A DNA stretch of 64,000 nucleotides from an uncultured Planctomycetota bacterium (lineage in GTDB: Bacteria; Planctomycetota; Planctomycetia; Isosphaerales; Isosphaeraceae). This document shows, one piece after another, positions 11,474 through 21,093 of this stretch. Made by a program: the position numbers and the translations under genes. Every line of letters begins with the position of its first letter. Position 1 is the first letter of the stretch. The notes below the pieces were generated by a model, which was not told the origin of the DNA, did not search any database, and worked only from the letters and a program-made list of their open reading frames with translations. The stretch covers positions 288,001-352,000 of the forward strand of contig CAWJTV010000031.1 in assembly GCA_963845755.1 (NCBI GenBank). Reading direction: 5' to 3'.

Positions 11474-12200
11474 CCGCAATCCCGATGCTCCGGGTCCCAG
11501 CTCGACTCGCGAACCGGCGTTGCTGCGGGGCGATGAGTTGGCCAAGCATTATCCGGACGGCGACGTCGCGGCGCTGCGGGGCGTCTCCTTGGAAATCGTC
11601 CCGGGCGAGTTCCTGGCGATCACGGGGCCCAGCGGATGTGGCAAGAGCACGCTCTTGCACTTGCTGGGGGGGCTCGATCGACCGACGACGGGCGAGGTCT
11701 ACTACCGGGGTCAGCCCCTGGCCCGGATGGACCTGGACGCGTACCACGCACGGGAGATCGGTTTCGTCTTCCAGTCGTTCTATCTCATGCCTACGCTGAC
11801 GGCGATCGAGAACGTGCAGATCCCCATGTTCGAGGGTCCCTGGCCGCGCCGCGACCGATTGCGGCGCGCCGATGAGCTGCTCGGCGAAGTCGGACTCTCT
11901 CACCGCCGGGACCAGCGGCCCGGACGGCTGTCGGTCGGCGAGCGCCAGCGCGTCGCCATCGCGCGCGCCCTGGCCAACGATCCCACGCTGCTCCTCGCCG
12001 ACGAACCGACCGGCAACCTCGACAGCAAGAGCCAGGACGAGATTCTCCGACTGCTCGACCAGCTCCGCCAGAAGCGAGAGCTCACGATGGTAATCGTGAC
12101 GCACAGCCATGAGGTCGCGCAGGCCGCGGATCGCCGGATCGCCATGAAGGATGGGCGGATCGTGCTCAACCCGGATACGCATGGAGGGGAAACTGGCTGA
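11466..12200 (+). CDS. ABC transporter ATP-binding protein (LolD/MacB-like)
   Basis: Walker A GPSGCGKST, signature LSVGERQR, LLADEPTGNLD, H-loop VTH. Confidence 0.95.
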   Translation: MNDRNPDAPGPSSTREPALLRGDELAKHYPDGDVAALRGVSLEIVPGEFLAITGPSGCGKSTLLHLLGGLDRPTTGEVYYRGQPLARMDLDAYHAREIGFVFQSFYLMPTLTAIENVQIPMFEGPWPRRDRLRRADELLGEVGLSHRRDQRPGRLSVGERQRVAIARALANDPTLLLADEPTGNLDSKSQDEILRLLDQLRQKRELTMVIVTHSHEVAQAADRRIAMKDGRIVLNPDTHGGETG

Positions 12201-12252
12201 CACACCCTTCGTGAAGAGGAACGCCAGGTTCGCATCCCAAAGCCCCAGAACC

Positions 12253-14451
12253 TCAAGGACCCATTCTCCCGGAATCCTGTAGAGGAAGAAACGTCTTCGA
12301 TTGGGCCGGTATGAGGTCGAGCAGCTCCGGGGATTCCGGAATGAACCAGCCCGATGTCCTCGAGAGCAGCTCCCCCGCGGCCTCACCGGTCAAGGGGCGC
12401 GAGAACAAGTAGCCCTGTCCATACTGACAACCGAGGTTGCGGAGATGTTCGAGCTGATAGTCGGTCTCGATCCCTTCCGCCACGACCTCGAGCCCTAGAC
12501 CCTGCGCCAAGGCCACGATCGTTCGAGCAATCTCCGCGTTCTCGCCGTTGGGACCCATCCGAGAAATGAACGACCGGTCGATCTTCAGCACATTGCACGG
12601 GAACTGGTGGAGGTAACTCAGCGACGAATAGCCCTTGCCGAAATCGTCGATGGCCAGCCGGATTCCCAGCGACTTGAGACGGAACAGGGCGGCCAGTGAG
12701 GTCTCCACCTGTTCCATGATCGCGCTCTCGGTGATCTCCAGTCTGAGACAGCGGGCGTCGAGGCCGGTTTCCAGCAGAATGCGCTCGATCTGGTAGACCA
12801 GGTCAGTCTGGAAGAACTGGCGACAGGAAAGGTTGACGCTCATCGACAACGGCGGGCTCATCCAGTAGGTCAACTGCCAGCGACGGAGCTGTTCGGCGGC
12901 CTCGCGCAGGACCCAGAGGCCCAGGGGAAGGATCAGCCGGGTCTCCTCGGCGACCGGGATGAATACTTCGGGAGAGACCATCCCTCTCTCGGGGTTATTC
13001 CATCGCACCAGGGCCTCGAAGCAAGCGATTCTCCCCGTCTGGAGCGAAACGATCGGCTGGAACCGGAGCTCAAATTCCTGGCGGATCGTGGCCTGACGGA
13101 GATCGGCTTCAAGCTTCAAACGGCTCATGGCGCTGGTGTGCATGGACTCATCGAAGACCACGTAACCGGCCTTCCCTCGCGCCTTGGCCTGATACATCGC
13201 GATGTCGGCATCGCGGAGCAGGGTCTCGGCGGAGTTTGAGCCGAGGCTGCTGAAGGCGATCCCAATACTGGCAGCCGTGACCAGCTCGTGCCCGTTCACC
13301 TCGAAAGGCCTCTGTAATTCGTCGAGAGCGCGGCCCGCCAGTTCGAGAGCGTGCTTGGGGTGCTCGATCTCTTCGAGCAGGATGACGAACTCGTCACCGC
13401 CCAGCCGGGCGATGGTATCACCTCGGCGGAGAAATCTCTCCAACCTCCGACTGAGGGCGATCAGGAGTTGATCGCCGGTCTGGTGGCCCAGGCTGTCGTT
13501 AACGACTTTGAAACCATCGAGATCCAGAAAGAGGACGGCGAACTGGCCTTCGGATCGCCTCTGCATCCGTACGATCAACTGCTCGAGTCGGTCGATGAGC
13601 AAGGCGCGGTTGGGCAAGCCGGTCAAGGCGTCGTGGAACGCGTCGTGCAGGAGCCGGTCCTCGGCCGCCTTGCGCTGCGTGATATCACTCTGCGATCCCG
13701 CGACCCGAACAGCACGTCCCTGGGCGTCACGCACGGCGAGGCCGCGTGTCAGGACCCAACGGTACGTGCCGTCATCGTGGAGCATGCGGTGTTCGGTCTG
13801 GAGCTGGGACGTGCGACTCAAGAAATGCTCGTCGACTTCCGCACGCACGCGGTCGATGTCCAGGGGATGAACGCGATTGAACCATTCACTCGGACACTCG
13901 CCGATGGCCTCGACAGTATGACCTAGCATCGATTTCCAGCGTGGACTGTAATAGATCCTGTTGGTCGTGAGGTCCCAGTCCCAGAGGCCGTCGTTTGCCC
14001 CTTGGGCCGCCAGGGCGTAGCGTTCTTCGCTGAGTCGAAGGGCCTCGAGGGTCTGCTGCCGCTCGACGGCGTATCCGATCGCGTAGCGGATCGACCGCTC
14101 GAGCAGTCGTCCGTCAAACTGACCCTTGACCAGGTAATCGGCGGCTCCGGCCTTCATCACCTCGACGTCGATGTCGCGATCGTCGTTGCCGGTCAGCAGG
14201 ATGATTGGCGTACGACAGCCGCGGGCGATCATCTCGCGGAGGAGGTCGAGTCCGGTCTGCTCACCGAGATGGTAATCCAGCAAGCAGACCTCGAAGCTGT
14301 CATCGGCCAGCGCGAGCCGTGATGATTCGAGATCGGGCACCCATTTCAATTCGAATTGATCCCGGTACACTTCCTGAAGAATCCCGCGCGTGAGGATGAA
14401 GTCGTCCTCATCGTCGTCAACGAGGAGGATCTTCAGGCCTCCGACGCTCAT
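12253..14451 (-). CDS. REC-PAS-GGDEF-EAL c-di-GMP signalling protein
   Basis: Receiver ILLVDDDEDD/LLDY; PAS GLWDWD..VHP; intact GGDEF; FEAL and IDDFGKGYSSL. Confidence 0.95.
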   Translation of the reverse strand: MSVGGLKILLVDDDEDDFILTRGILQEVYRDQFELKWVPDLESSRLALADDSFEVCLLDYHLGEQTGLDLLREMIARGCRTPIILLTGNDDRDIDVEVMKAGAADYLVKGQFDGRLLERSIRYAIGYAVERQQTLEALRLSEERYALAAQGANDGLWDWDLTTNRIYYSPRWKSMLGHTVEAIGECPSEWFNRVHPLDIDRVRAEVDEHFLSRTSQLQTEHRMLHDDGTYRWVLTRGLAVRDAQGRAVRVAGSQSDITQRKAAEDRLLHDAFHDALTGLPNRALLIDRLEQLIVRMQRRSEGQFAVLFLDLDGFKVVNDSLGHQTGDQLLIALSRRLERFLRRGDTIARLGGDEFVILLEEIEHPKHALELAGRALDELQRPFEVNGHELVTAASIGIAFSSLGSNSAETLLRDADIAMYQAKARGKAGYVVFDESMHTSAMSRLKLEADLRQATIRQEFELRFQPIVSLQTGRIACFEALVRWNNPERGMVSPEVFIPVAEETRLILPLGLWVLREAAEQLRRWQLTYWMSPPLSMSVNLSCRQFFQTDLVYQIERILLETGLDARCLRLEITESAIMEQVETSLAALFRLKSLGIRLAIDDFGKGYSSLSYLHQFPCNVLKIDRSFISRMGPNGENAEIARTIVALAQGLGLEVVAEGIETDYQLEHLRNLGCQYGQGYLFSRPLTGEAAGELLSRTSGWFIPESPELLDLIPAQSKTFLPLQDSGRMGP

Positions 14452-14923
14452 GCTTTCGCCTCCGATGAGCGGGTATGGTCCGGCAACTCCACGATATCGA
14501 TCCAGTACCGCCCGATCGCCTTCATGACTTCGACGAGACCGTCGAAGCTCACCGGCTTGGTAACGTAAGAGCTGACACCGAGGTCGTAGGTCCGATAGAT
14601 GTCCTCCTCGGCCTTCGACGTCGTCATCACGACAATGGGAGTCCGCCGCAAGACAGGGTCGGCCTTGATCTCGCGGAGGGCCTCCCGTCCGTCCATCTTG
14701 GGCATGTTCAGGTCGAGCAGGATCAGGCCGGGCGCGGGGATGCCTTGGGATCCGCGTAGCGTCCCTGGCGGCGCAGGTAGGCCAGCAGCTCGACCCCGTC
14801 CTCGACGAAGTGTACCGCGTTGGCCAACCGGCATTCCTCGAGAGCCTCCCTGGCCATCATTCGATCGTCGGCGTCATCATCGGCGATCAGGATCGTGATC
14901 GAATTAATTCTTGATTCCACCAT
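14448..14923 (-). CDS. Single-domain response regulator (Rcp1-like); frameshift near 14732
   Basis: ILIADDDADD, then LILLDLNMPKMDG, MTTS, YVTKP in the shifted frame. Confidence 0.9.
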
Positions 14924-16362
14924 TGCCCACCTCTCTCGGCTGTCGGACCGGAAGCGTAACCATGAACGACGAGCCCTTTCCCGGTGTACTACGCGCCGTG
15001 ATCGTGCCGCCGTGCCGCTCGGCAATCTTTCGGCAGACCGCCAGGCCGACGCCTGTCCCTTCGTATTCGGTGCGGCCGTGCAGCCGCTGGAAGATCGTGA
15101 AAATCCGATCGACATAAACTTCTTCGAATCCGATGCCATTGTCTTCGACCAGGATCTGGCAGACGTCGCGAGACTGGCCCACGACAGGCTTGCTGGAGAC
15201 CTGCACGACCGGCGGCACCTCAGGGCGGTGGTACTTCAGGGCGTTTCCGATCAAGTTCTGCATGAGCTGTCGCATTTGCAGGGGGTCGGCGTCGACGGTG
15301 GGCAGGTTGCCCAGTTCAACGCGGCCGCCCACCTGCTCGATGCGCACCTCCAGGTCACAGATCACGTCGCGCGGCCCCGTTCAGATCGGTGGGGACGAAG
15401 GGCTGCGCCTTGGTCGAGACCCGGGAAAACGTGAGCAGATCATTGATCAACGTCTGCATTCGTTTCCCCGCGTTCTGGATCCTGTCGAGGTAGTCGCGAC
15501 CGGCGTCGTCGAGCGCCGCACCACACTTGCTTCGAAGCCTGTCACTAAATGCCTGGACCTTCCGCAAAGGCTCTTGCAAGTCGTGCGAAGCGACCGAGGC
15601 GAAGTCTTGGAGCTCTTGGTTGCTCCGCTCCAGCCGTGCGGCATAGGTCTTCAGTTCCTCATTGGAGCGTCTCGCGTCGCCCACGAAACCTTCGATCCTA
15701 TGCATTGCCGGTCCGATCACATAGATCCCCTCCAACAGCAGGATCATCAGCACGGTCAAGAACCAGGCGTACTCGATCGACTCGAGTCGGTCAACGTGAA
15801 TGGCGCTTTCTTTTTCGATCTCGAGCACGGATTCGCCGACGGCGCGGCGATCGGCGGCTTCCTCGTTAATCAGGGTTTGAATCAGTGCGCTCGTTTCGGC
15901 GGCAGGGGGCGTCGAGCTCTCGGAGCCGAACCTGTTGACCAGTGAAGCCGCGGCGGCGAGCGCCTCGACGCGGTGAGTCGAGGCCGGGAGCGACGATCGG
16001 CGCTCCGCCGTCGCTTTCGCGCTCGCCTGGCCTGGCCCGGCTCTCACTTCCTCGCTCCCGGCAGAGGCTCTGCGTTTCCTCGAAATCCGCTCAATCAGCG
16101 TTTCGATGTTCTGGCGGCGGGCCGCGGCCTCTGGGCTGGCCAGAACGGACAGGACCGACTCGCAAAGCGACGAATCATGCCCTTCGTTCCGGGCGGCCTG
16201 CGCCATCGATTGCATCGCGTTTCGCCGCCAGGCCAGGTCTCTTAGCAGATTGACCTCGGCCAGAGCCAGAACGATCGCGATGGAGCAGTGCGAGACGAAA
16301 TAAAGCATCCGGAGTCGGTACGCGGGGGAAGCTTTCTCGGCTTCCCGAGAACGGCTCTTCAT
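14904..16362 (-). CDS. Membrane sensor histidine kinase (bacteriophytochrome-type HisKA/HATPase); frameshift near 15365
   Basis: Two hydrophobic segments, ASHDLQEPLR H-box, NLIGNALKY, DNGIG, GTGVGL. Confidence 0.92.
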
Positions 16363-16683
16363 TCTGCATCCAACCAGTAACAGGAGTGACTCGATCCACG
16401 CCGCTCCTAACGCGGGAAGCCCGATCACGACACGACCGAGCCGGATCCGATTGTTAGAACTGTAGATCACGTTTATTGAAGTCACCGTGCACGTTGTCTG
16501 GATTCGACTGCGGTCGTCGTACTCCGTTCGAACTCCGTAAACACGACTGGTTCCATAGCCAACGCGCACCTTCGCTACTTCGCGCCAAAGTCCGACGGAT
16601 GGTGAATTCGCAGACGATCTCAGCTCACCATTGGGTGAAATGGTACTGCCGCATCGAGGCGACCACGAACCCAGCCATCGCTC

Positions 16684-17033
16684 CTAACGCGGCCTTCGGC
16701 CGCACCTAAGAGAGGGATTCCGGATTCGAGATTCCGGATTCCGGATGAAGAAGGATTCAGGAATCTGGAGTCTGAAATCCGGAATCCGGAATCTCGAATC
16801 CGGAATCTCGAATCCGGAATCCGGAATCACGGATCCCCCAGATGCGCGCACGGCGCAGGGAGCCTACGGAGGACGACTCTAACGCGGCCTTCGGCCGCAA
16901 CTCAATCGGGATTCCCGATTCGAGATTCCGGATTCCCGAAGGGGAATGATTCGGGAATCCGGAATCTCGAATCCGGAATTCGGAATCCTCAGATGCGCGC
17001 ACGGCGCAGGGATCCTATGGAGGAAGCCTCTAA
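16684..17033 (+). repeat. Two tandem copies (16684-16882, 16879-17033) of a composite dispersed element, MITE/REP-like
   Basis: Each copy: CTAACGCGGCCTTCGGCCGCA, heptamer arrays, CAGATGCGCGCACGGCGCAGGGA..GGAGG..CTCTAA; the copies share a CTAA junction. Confidence 0.9.
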
Positions 17034-17212
17034 CCGACGAACCAACCGGCAAGAACGACAAGAACAGCCGGGACGAGATCCTCCAACTGCGCGATCCGGT
17101 CCACGGACGGCGACAGCTCACGATGGTGATCGTGACGCACAGCCATGAGATCGCGCAGGCCGCGGATCGCCGGATCGCCATGATTGATGGGCGGATCGTG
17201 CCGTCGGAATAG
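17034..17212 (+). pseudogene. Remnant duplicate of the 3' end of the ABC ATPase gene
   Basis: 17034-17201 is colinear with 11998-12165 (DEPTG..MVIVTHSHE.AQAADRRIAM.DGRIV); TAG at 17210-17212. Confidence 0.88.
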
Positions 17213-17264
17213 GCGGTGGAGAGGCGTGGTTCGTGGTTCCCGCCAGGCTCCGCCTGCGAGCACG

Positions 17265-19532
17265 TCATTTCGGCTTCGACGCGACGGGATCCCGCTCCAC
17301 CGTCAAGGCGATCAGATACGGATCGCACGCCGACTCCGACGAGACCATGTCGATCGTGGAAATCTCCTTGTCCGGATGCGGGTTCGTCCAGGTGAAGGCG
17401 AACAGGTGAATCTCCAGGCCCGCTTCGTGCCGGTCGTCAATCATCTCATTGCTCCCCGTCCAAGCAATCCGGGCATCGGACGGGTCGTTGTTCTGACCTC
17501 CGAAATGCCACCAATCGACGAGGTTCTTACCGTAGACGATCGGCACCGTCTCATGGAAACCGTTGACATAGCGAACGACGTAATAGCCAACCTCGGTGCC
17601 GGCCTCGGCCTGCTGCTGACAGGCGTGCAAGATGTGCAGCCGCTTCCCCCGGGCGGCGACCTTGATCCCCGCGATGGATACCGGCTTGTCGGCCGAGGCC
17701 TGGCCTTTGACATGCACCATCTTCTCGCCGATCCGGAAGTACGCATCGCCCAGCTTGTGCAGACCGCGCGGCACGCGATTGAGGTGATTGCTGTCGCCGA
17801 GGCCACCGGGGCCATCGCCGAGGAAGTTATTCGCGTAGGCTGTCAGATCGACGAACGTCAATCGCTCGCGGAGAGCCGCTGGGATGGGCTCATCCTCCAC
17901 GCGGGCGGCCGAGTTCCTGGCTTTCTCGTCGGGCTGGGGGCGATACGTCAGCGTGACTTCGTCGCGATCGGCGGGAATCATCTCCTTCTGGACCTCCTCG
18001 CCCGTCCGGCCGATCGAGATGGGACCTCGGTGACGGAGGAGACCTCCCAGGACGAACCTGCCCTCTCGGTCGGTGACCGCTACCTCCAGTGCGTCGGGGC
18101 CGGCGCCGGGCTGACGAAGCTCCTGGCCGGCCGTAACTCGGACGACGGGCAGTGGACGGCCCTGGGAATCGTTCACGCGGCCCGTCACCGTGCGTGGCTT
18201 CGCGTCCGCGGCCTGGATCCGCTCCGCGACTTTGAAGATCGTGTTGACGATCGAGACGCCACCGGCTGGCGCATCGACGTCCGCGTCTTCTGGCTGCTCG
18301 GCGGTTGTCGGGAAGTCGCTCGATCCCTTGGGATTCAAGAGGAGGATCGGCATGACCTCCGCCTGGTCGGTAACCACGACCACGTGCCGACTCATCGAGC
18401 GGGACGACAGGTCATCGATCAGATAGACGAACTGTTCGCCGGGCGGTACCGGGAACAGGAATCGCCCCTGTTCGTCGGTCTTGGTCCCCAGGATGGCGGC
18501 TCCCGATCGGGGTACGGACGGTCCCTGACAACCGACCTGGGCGCCCGCCATGGGCCGATCGGTTTCGCGGTCGATGACGACCCCTCTCAGCGGCTTGCCT
18601 TCGATCACCGACAGGTCGGCGGTTGCCTCCTCGCCCTCCCGGATGCGGACGGCTTCCACGGCCCGCGCCGTGGCCCGTTCCCGGCCGGGGACCTCGAGGA
18701 GCAAGACGTTGTAAACCCCCGGCTCCAGTCCATCGATGGCGAACCCACCTCGATCGTCGGTCACGGCCTGGCCCCAGCCATCGGTCAGGTGCCGGACGAG
18801 ACGCTCGATGAGCTGGGCGGCGACCGCGGCACCGGCCAGGGGCTTTCCAGTCGCCGCGTCGGTCAGACGACCACGAAGGACTCCGGTCGGCTCCAGGATC
18901 GCGGGGCCGAGGGTCCGTGCATTCGTCGCAACCTCGATGGGCGGACTGATGGACCGAGTGTGCAGGACTCTCAGGCGAGCGCGGGCATTCTGGGGCAGCG
19001 TTACGGTGAACTTCCCCGCTTGGTCCGTCACGCCGAAGCCCAGCAGCGGGTCCTTGCCCCAGAGGTCCTGGTCCAAGGTCTGGTTCGTCGGATGGGAGAG
19101 CATCTCCACTCCAACTCGAGCCCCGGCGACCGGTTTGCCCTCTCGGTTCACGACCGAGCCCTCGACGCGGTGATTCAAGGGAAGCAGCATCATCCAGGAC
19201 CTCCGAGCCCCCGCCCCGGCCTGGGACTGGTCACCCAACTTCGTCCAGGCCACGGCTTCCCGGCCACGGACAGCAGTCAAGACGGCTCCCTCGACGGCGA
19301 CGTCGCTGGGGATCGACACCGTTCCGTTCGCCCCGGTCGCGAACGAGTGGCGCGGCGAGTCCGGCGCCCGGACCTCAACTGTGATGTTCGGCACGTCCCT
19401 CCGCTGCGTGTCAACCACGAGGACGCGGAGCGGGCGGTTGTCTTCAAGTGCCGCTCCGGCATCGCACACCCATGCAACCGCGATGATTCCGGCCATCGCG
19501 AGCGTCAACAGGATCGGCCGTCCCCTGGTCAT
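17265..19532 (-). CDS. Secreted protein with carboxypeptidase-regulatory-like (Ig-like) repeats and a C-terminal beta-rich domain
   Basis: Signal-like N-terminus; repeated G.V.D..G.P..GA.V / TD..G.F motifs; C-terminal LHILHA..YG..L.DW..WTNPHP. Confidence 0.75.
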   Translation of the reverse strand: MTRGRPILLTLAMAGIIAVAWVCDAGAALEDNRPLRVLVVDTQRRDVPNITVEVRAPDSPRHSFATGANGTVSIPSDVAVEGAVLTAVRGREAVAWTKLGDQSQAGAGARRSWMMLLPLNHRVEGSVVNREGKPVAGARVGVEMLSHPTNQTLDQDLWGKDPLLGFGVTDQAGKFTVTLPQNARARLRVLHTRSISPPIEVATNARTLGPAILEPTGVLRGRLTDAATGKPLAGAAVAAQLIERLVRHLTDGWGQAVTDDRGGFAIDGLEPGVYNVLLLEVPGRERATARAVEAVRIREGEEATADLSVIEGKPLRGVVIDRETDRPMAGAQVGCQGPSVPRSGAAILGTKTDEQGRFLFPVPPGEQFVYLIDDLSSRSMSRHVVVVTDQAEVMPILLLNPKGSSDFPTTAEQPEDADVDAPAGGVSIVNTIFKVAERIQAADAKPRTVTGRVNDSQGRPLPVVRVTAGQELRQPGAGPDALEVAVTDREGRFVLGGLLRHRGPISIGRTGEEVQKEMIPADRDEVTLTYRPQPDEKARNSAARVEDEPIPAALRERLTFVDLTAYANNFLGDGPGGLGDSNHLNRVPRGLHKLGDAYFRIGEKMVHVKGQASADKPVSIAGIKVAARGKRLHILHACQQQAEAGTEVGYYVVRYVNGFHETVPIVYGKNLVDWWHFGGQNNDPSDARIAWTGSNEMIDDRHEAGLEIHLFAFTWTNPHPDKEISTIDMVSSESACDPYLIALTVERDPVASKPK

Positions 19533-19782
19533 GAGATGTCTCCTCGGCTCGACATCGGCCAGATTCGCGAGGCTCGTGTGGGACCACTCTGGCGATCGAT
19601 GGCCCTGCACTCATCATAATGATTGATCCAGGGGAATTCCCAGAGATCGGCGAGCGATCGATGGCGACGGTAACCGTTGTGGAAAGCCGGAAGAGCGGCG
19701 GCCAGGGTCTTGGCATCCCACCCCGCGACTGGCACACTACCAGGTCGGACCACGCACCGATTTCCCACGGGAGACCCTGACG

Positions 19783-20904
19783 ATGAACCGAGGCATGAGG
19801 GAGTTGACCATTGCGGTCCTGGCCCTGATTACCATCACCGGCACGGCGGTCGCGGATCCGCCTGGTTTGAAGCACCTGTCGATCGGCGCCGTCGCACCCG
19901 ACTTCCAATTGCCGGGCGTCAACGGCAAGACCTACAGCCTCAAGGATTTCTCCGCGGCCAAGGTCCTGGTCGTGATCTTCACCTGCAATCACTGTCCGAC
20001 GGCCCAGGCTTACGAAGGCCGGATCGCCCGGATGTACGCCGATTACCGCGACAAGGGCGTCGCCCTCGTGGCCATCTCGCCCAACAATCCCGCCGCGGTC
20101 CGCCTCGACGAGCTGGGCTTCACGGACCTTGGCGACTCATTCGAGGACATGAAGATTCGGGCCAAGGATCATCAATACCCTTACCCGTACCTCTACGACG
20201 GCGAGACGCAGGCGACCGCCCAGGCTTACGGCGTCCTGGCCACACCGCACGTCTACGTCTTCGACGCCGAGCGCAAGCTCCAGTACGTCGGCCGATTCGA
20301 CGACTCCGAGGTGAAGACCGTGAAGTCGCACGACGCGAAGAACGCGGTCGAGGCCCTCCTGGCGGGCAAGCCAGTACCAGTCGCCACTACGCTCATCTTC
20401 GGCTGTTCCACCAAGTGGGCCGAGAAGCAGGAGGATGCCCGGAAGTCGCTCGCCCGGTGGGATGCCGAACCCGTCAAACTCGACGCCATCGATAATGACG
20501 CCATCGCCAACCTCGCCGGGAACGACACCCAGAAGTTGCTGGTCGTGAATCTCTGGGCAACCTGGTGCGGTCCCTGCGTCGCGGAGCTTCCCGACCTGGT
20601 CACGATGCACCGGATGTACCGCCGCCGCAAGTTCCAGCTCGTCACGATCAGCATGGATGACCTGACGAAGAAGGAAGACGCGCTGAAGGTCCTCAAGGAT
20701 AACCACGCATCGACGACCAATTATATCCTGACCTCGACCGACCGCGACGCATTCGCCCAGGCGCTCGATCGGCAGTGGCCCGGCCCGGTCCCGTATACGA
20801 TGGTCATCGCGCCGGGCGGGAAGGTCCTCTATCGCAAGACCGGCCCGATCGACCCGCTCGAGCTGAAGCGGGCCATCGTGGGATACCTCGGGCGGACGTC
20901 CTGA
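19783..20904 (+). CDS. Exported redoxin with two thioredoxin-fold domains
   Basis: Signal peptide; APDFQL..CNHCP, ATPH, GC motif; second domain NLWATWCGPC. Confidence 0.9.
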   Translation: MNRGMRELTIAVLALITITGTAVADPPGLKHLSIGAVAPDFQLPGVNGKTYSLKDFSAAKVLVVIFTCNHCPTAQAYEGRIARMYADYRDKGVALVAISPNNPAAVRLDELGFTDLGDSFEDMKIRAKDHQYPYPYLYDGETQATAQAYGVLATPHVYVFDAERKLQYVGRFDDSEVKTVKSHDAKNAVEALLAGKPVPVATTLIFGCSTKWAEKQEDARKSLARWDAEPVKLDAIDNDAIANLAGNDTQKLLVVNLWATWCGPCVAELPDLVTMHRMYRRRKFQLVTISMDDLTKKEDALKVLKDNHASTTNYILTSTDRDAFAQALDRQWPGPVPYTMVIAPGGKVLYRKTGPIDPLELKRAIVGYLGRTS

Positions 20905-20932
20905 GAAACGGTCCGAGAAGCGGATCCGGGGT

Positions 20933-20996
20933 TTGTAGGGTGGGTGAAACCCACCAGAATCGGGACACTTCCTGGTGGGTTTCACCCACCCTACAA
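20933..20996. repeat. GTAG-family REP inverted pair between convergent genes
   Basis: TTGTAGGGTGGGTGAAACCCACCAG ... CTGGTGGGTTTCACCCACCCTACAA perfect inverted repeat. Confidence 0.88.
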
Positions 20997-21093
20997 GATT
21001 CTCGGATAGATTCTAAGAAGCGCGAGTCCCGGTTTCGGGACGCGAGGACTTCAGGTCCCTCGCCCCCGGCGGGGGAAGGAAAGCCGAACAGGT

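Noticed and set aside
10331..11545. 404 aa minus-strand ORF and similar shadows (21508-22908, 58928-60154, 62043-63431)
   Set aside because: They overlap well-supported genes on the opposite strand and carry no recognisable motifs
16402..16692. 14-bp direct repeat CGCTCCTAACGCGG at 16402 and 16679
   Set aside because: Real match overlapping the element's left end, but only two short copies; cannot separate target preference from chance
16757..17002. Small ORFs with IRDSGFEIPDS-type peptides (also 9244-9519, 30331-30636)
   Set aside because: Translations of the heptamer DNA repeats, not credible proteins
16684..17033. CRISPR array or integron attC sites
   Set aside because: Internal sequences are heptamer microsatellites, not unique spacers; no cas genes; TAAC starts lack a matching GTTRRRY end and no integron integrase is present
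17184..19619. 811 aa plus-strand ORF
   Set aside because: Antisense shadow of the motif-bearing minus-strand gene; long shadow ORFs are expected at this GC content
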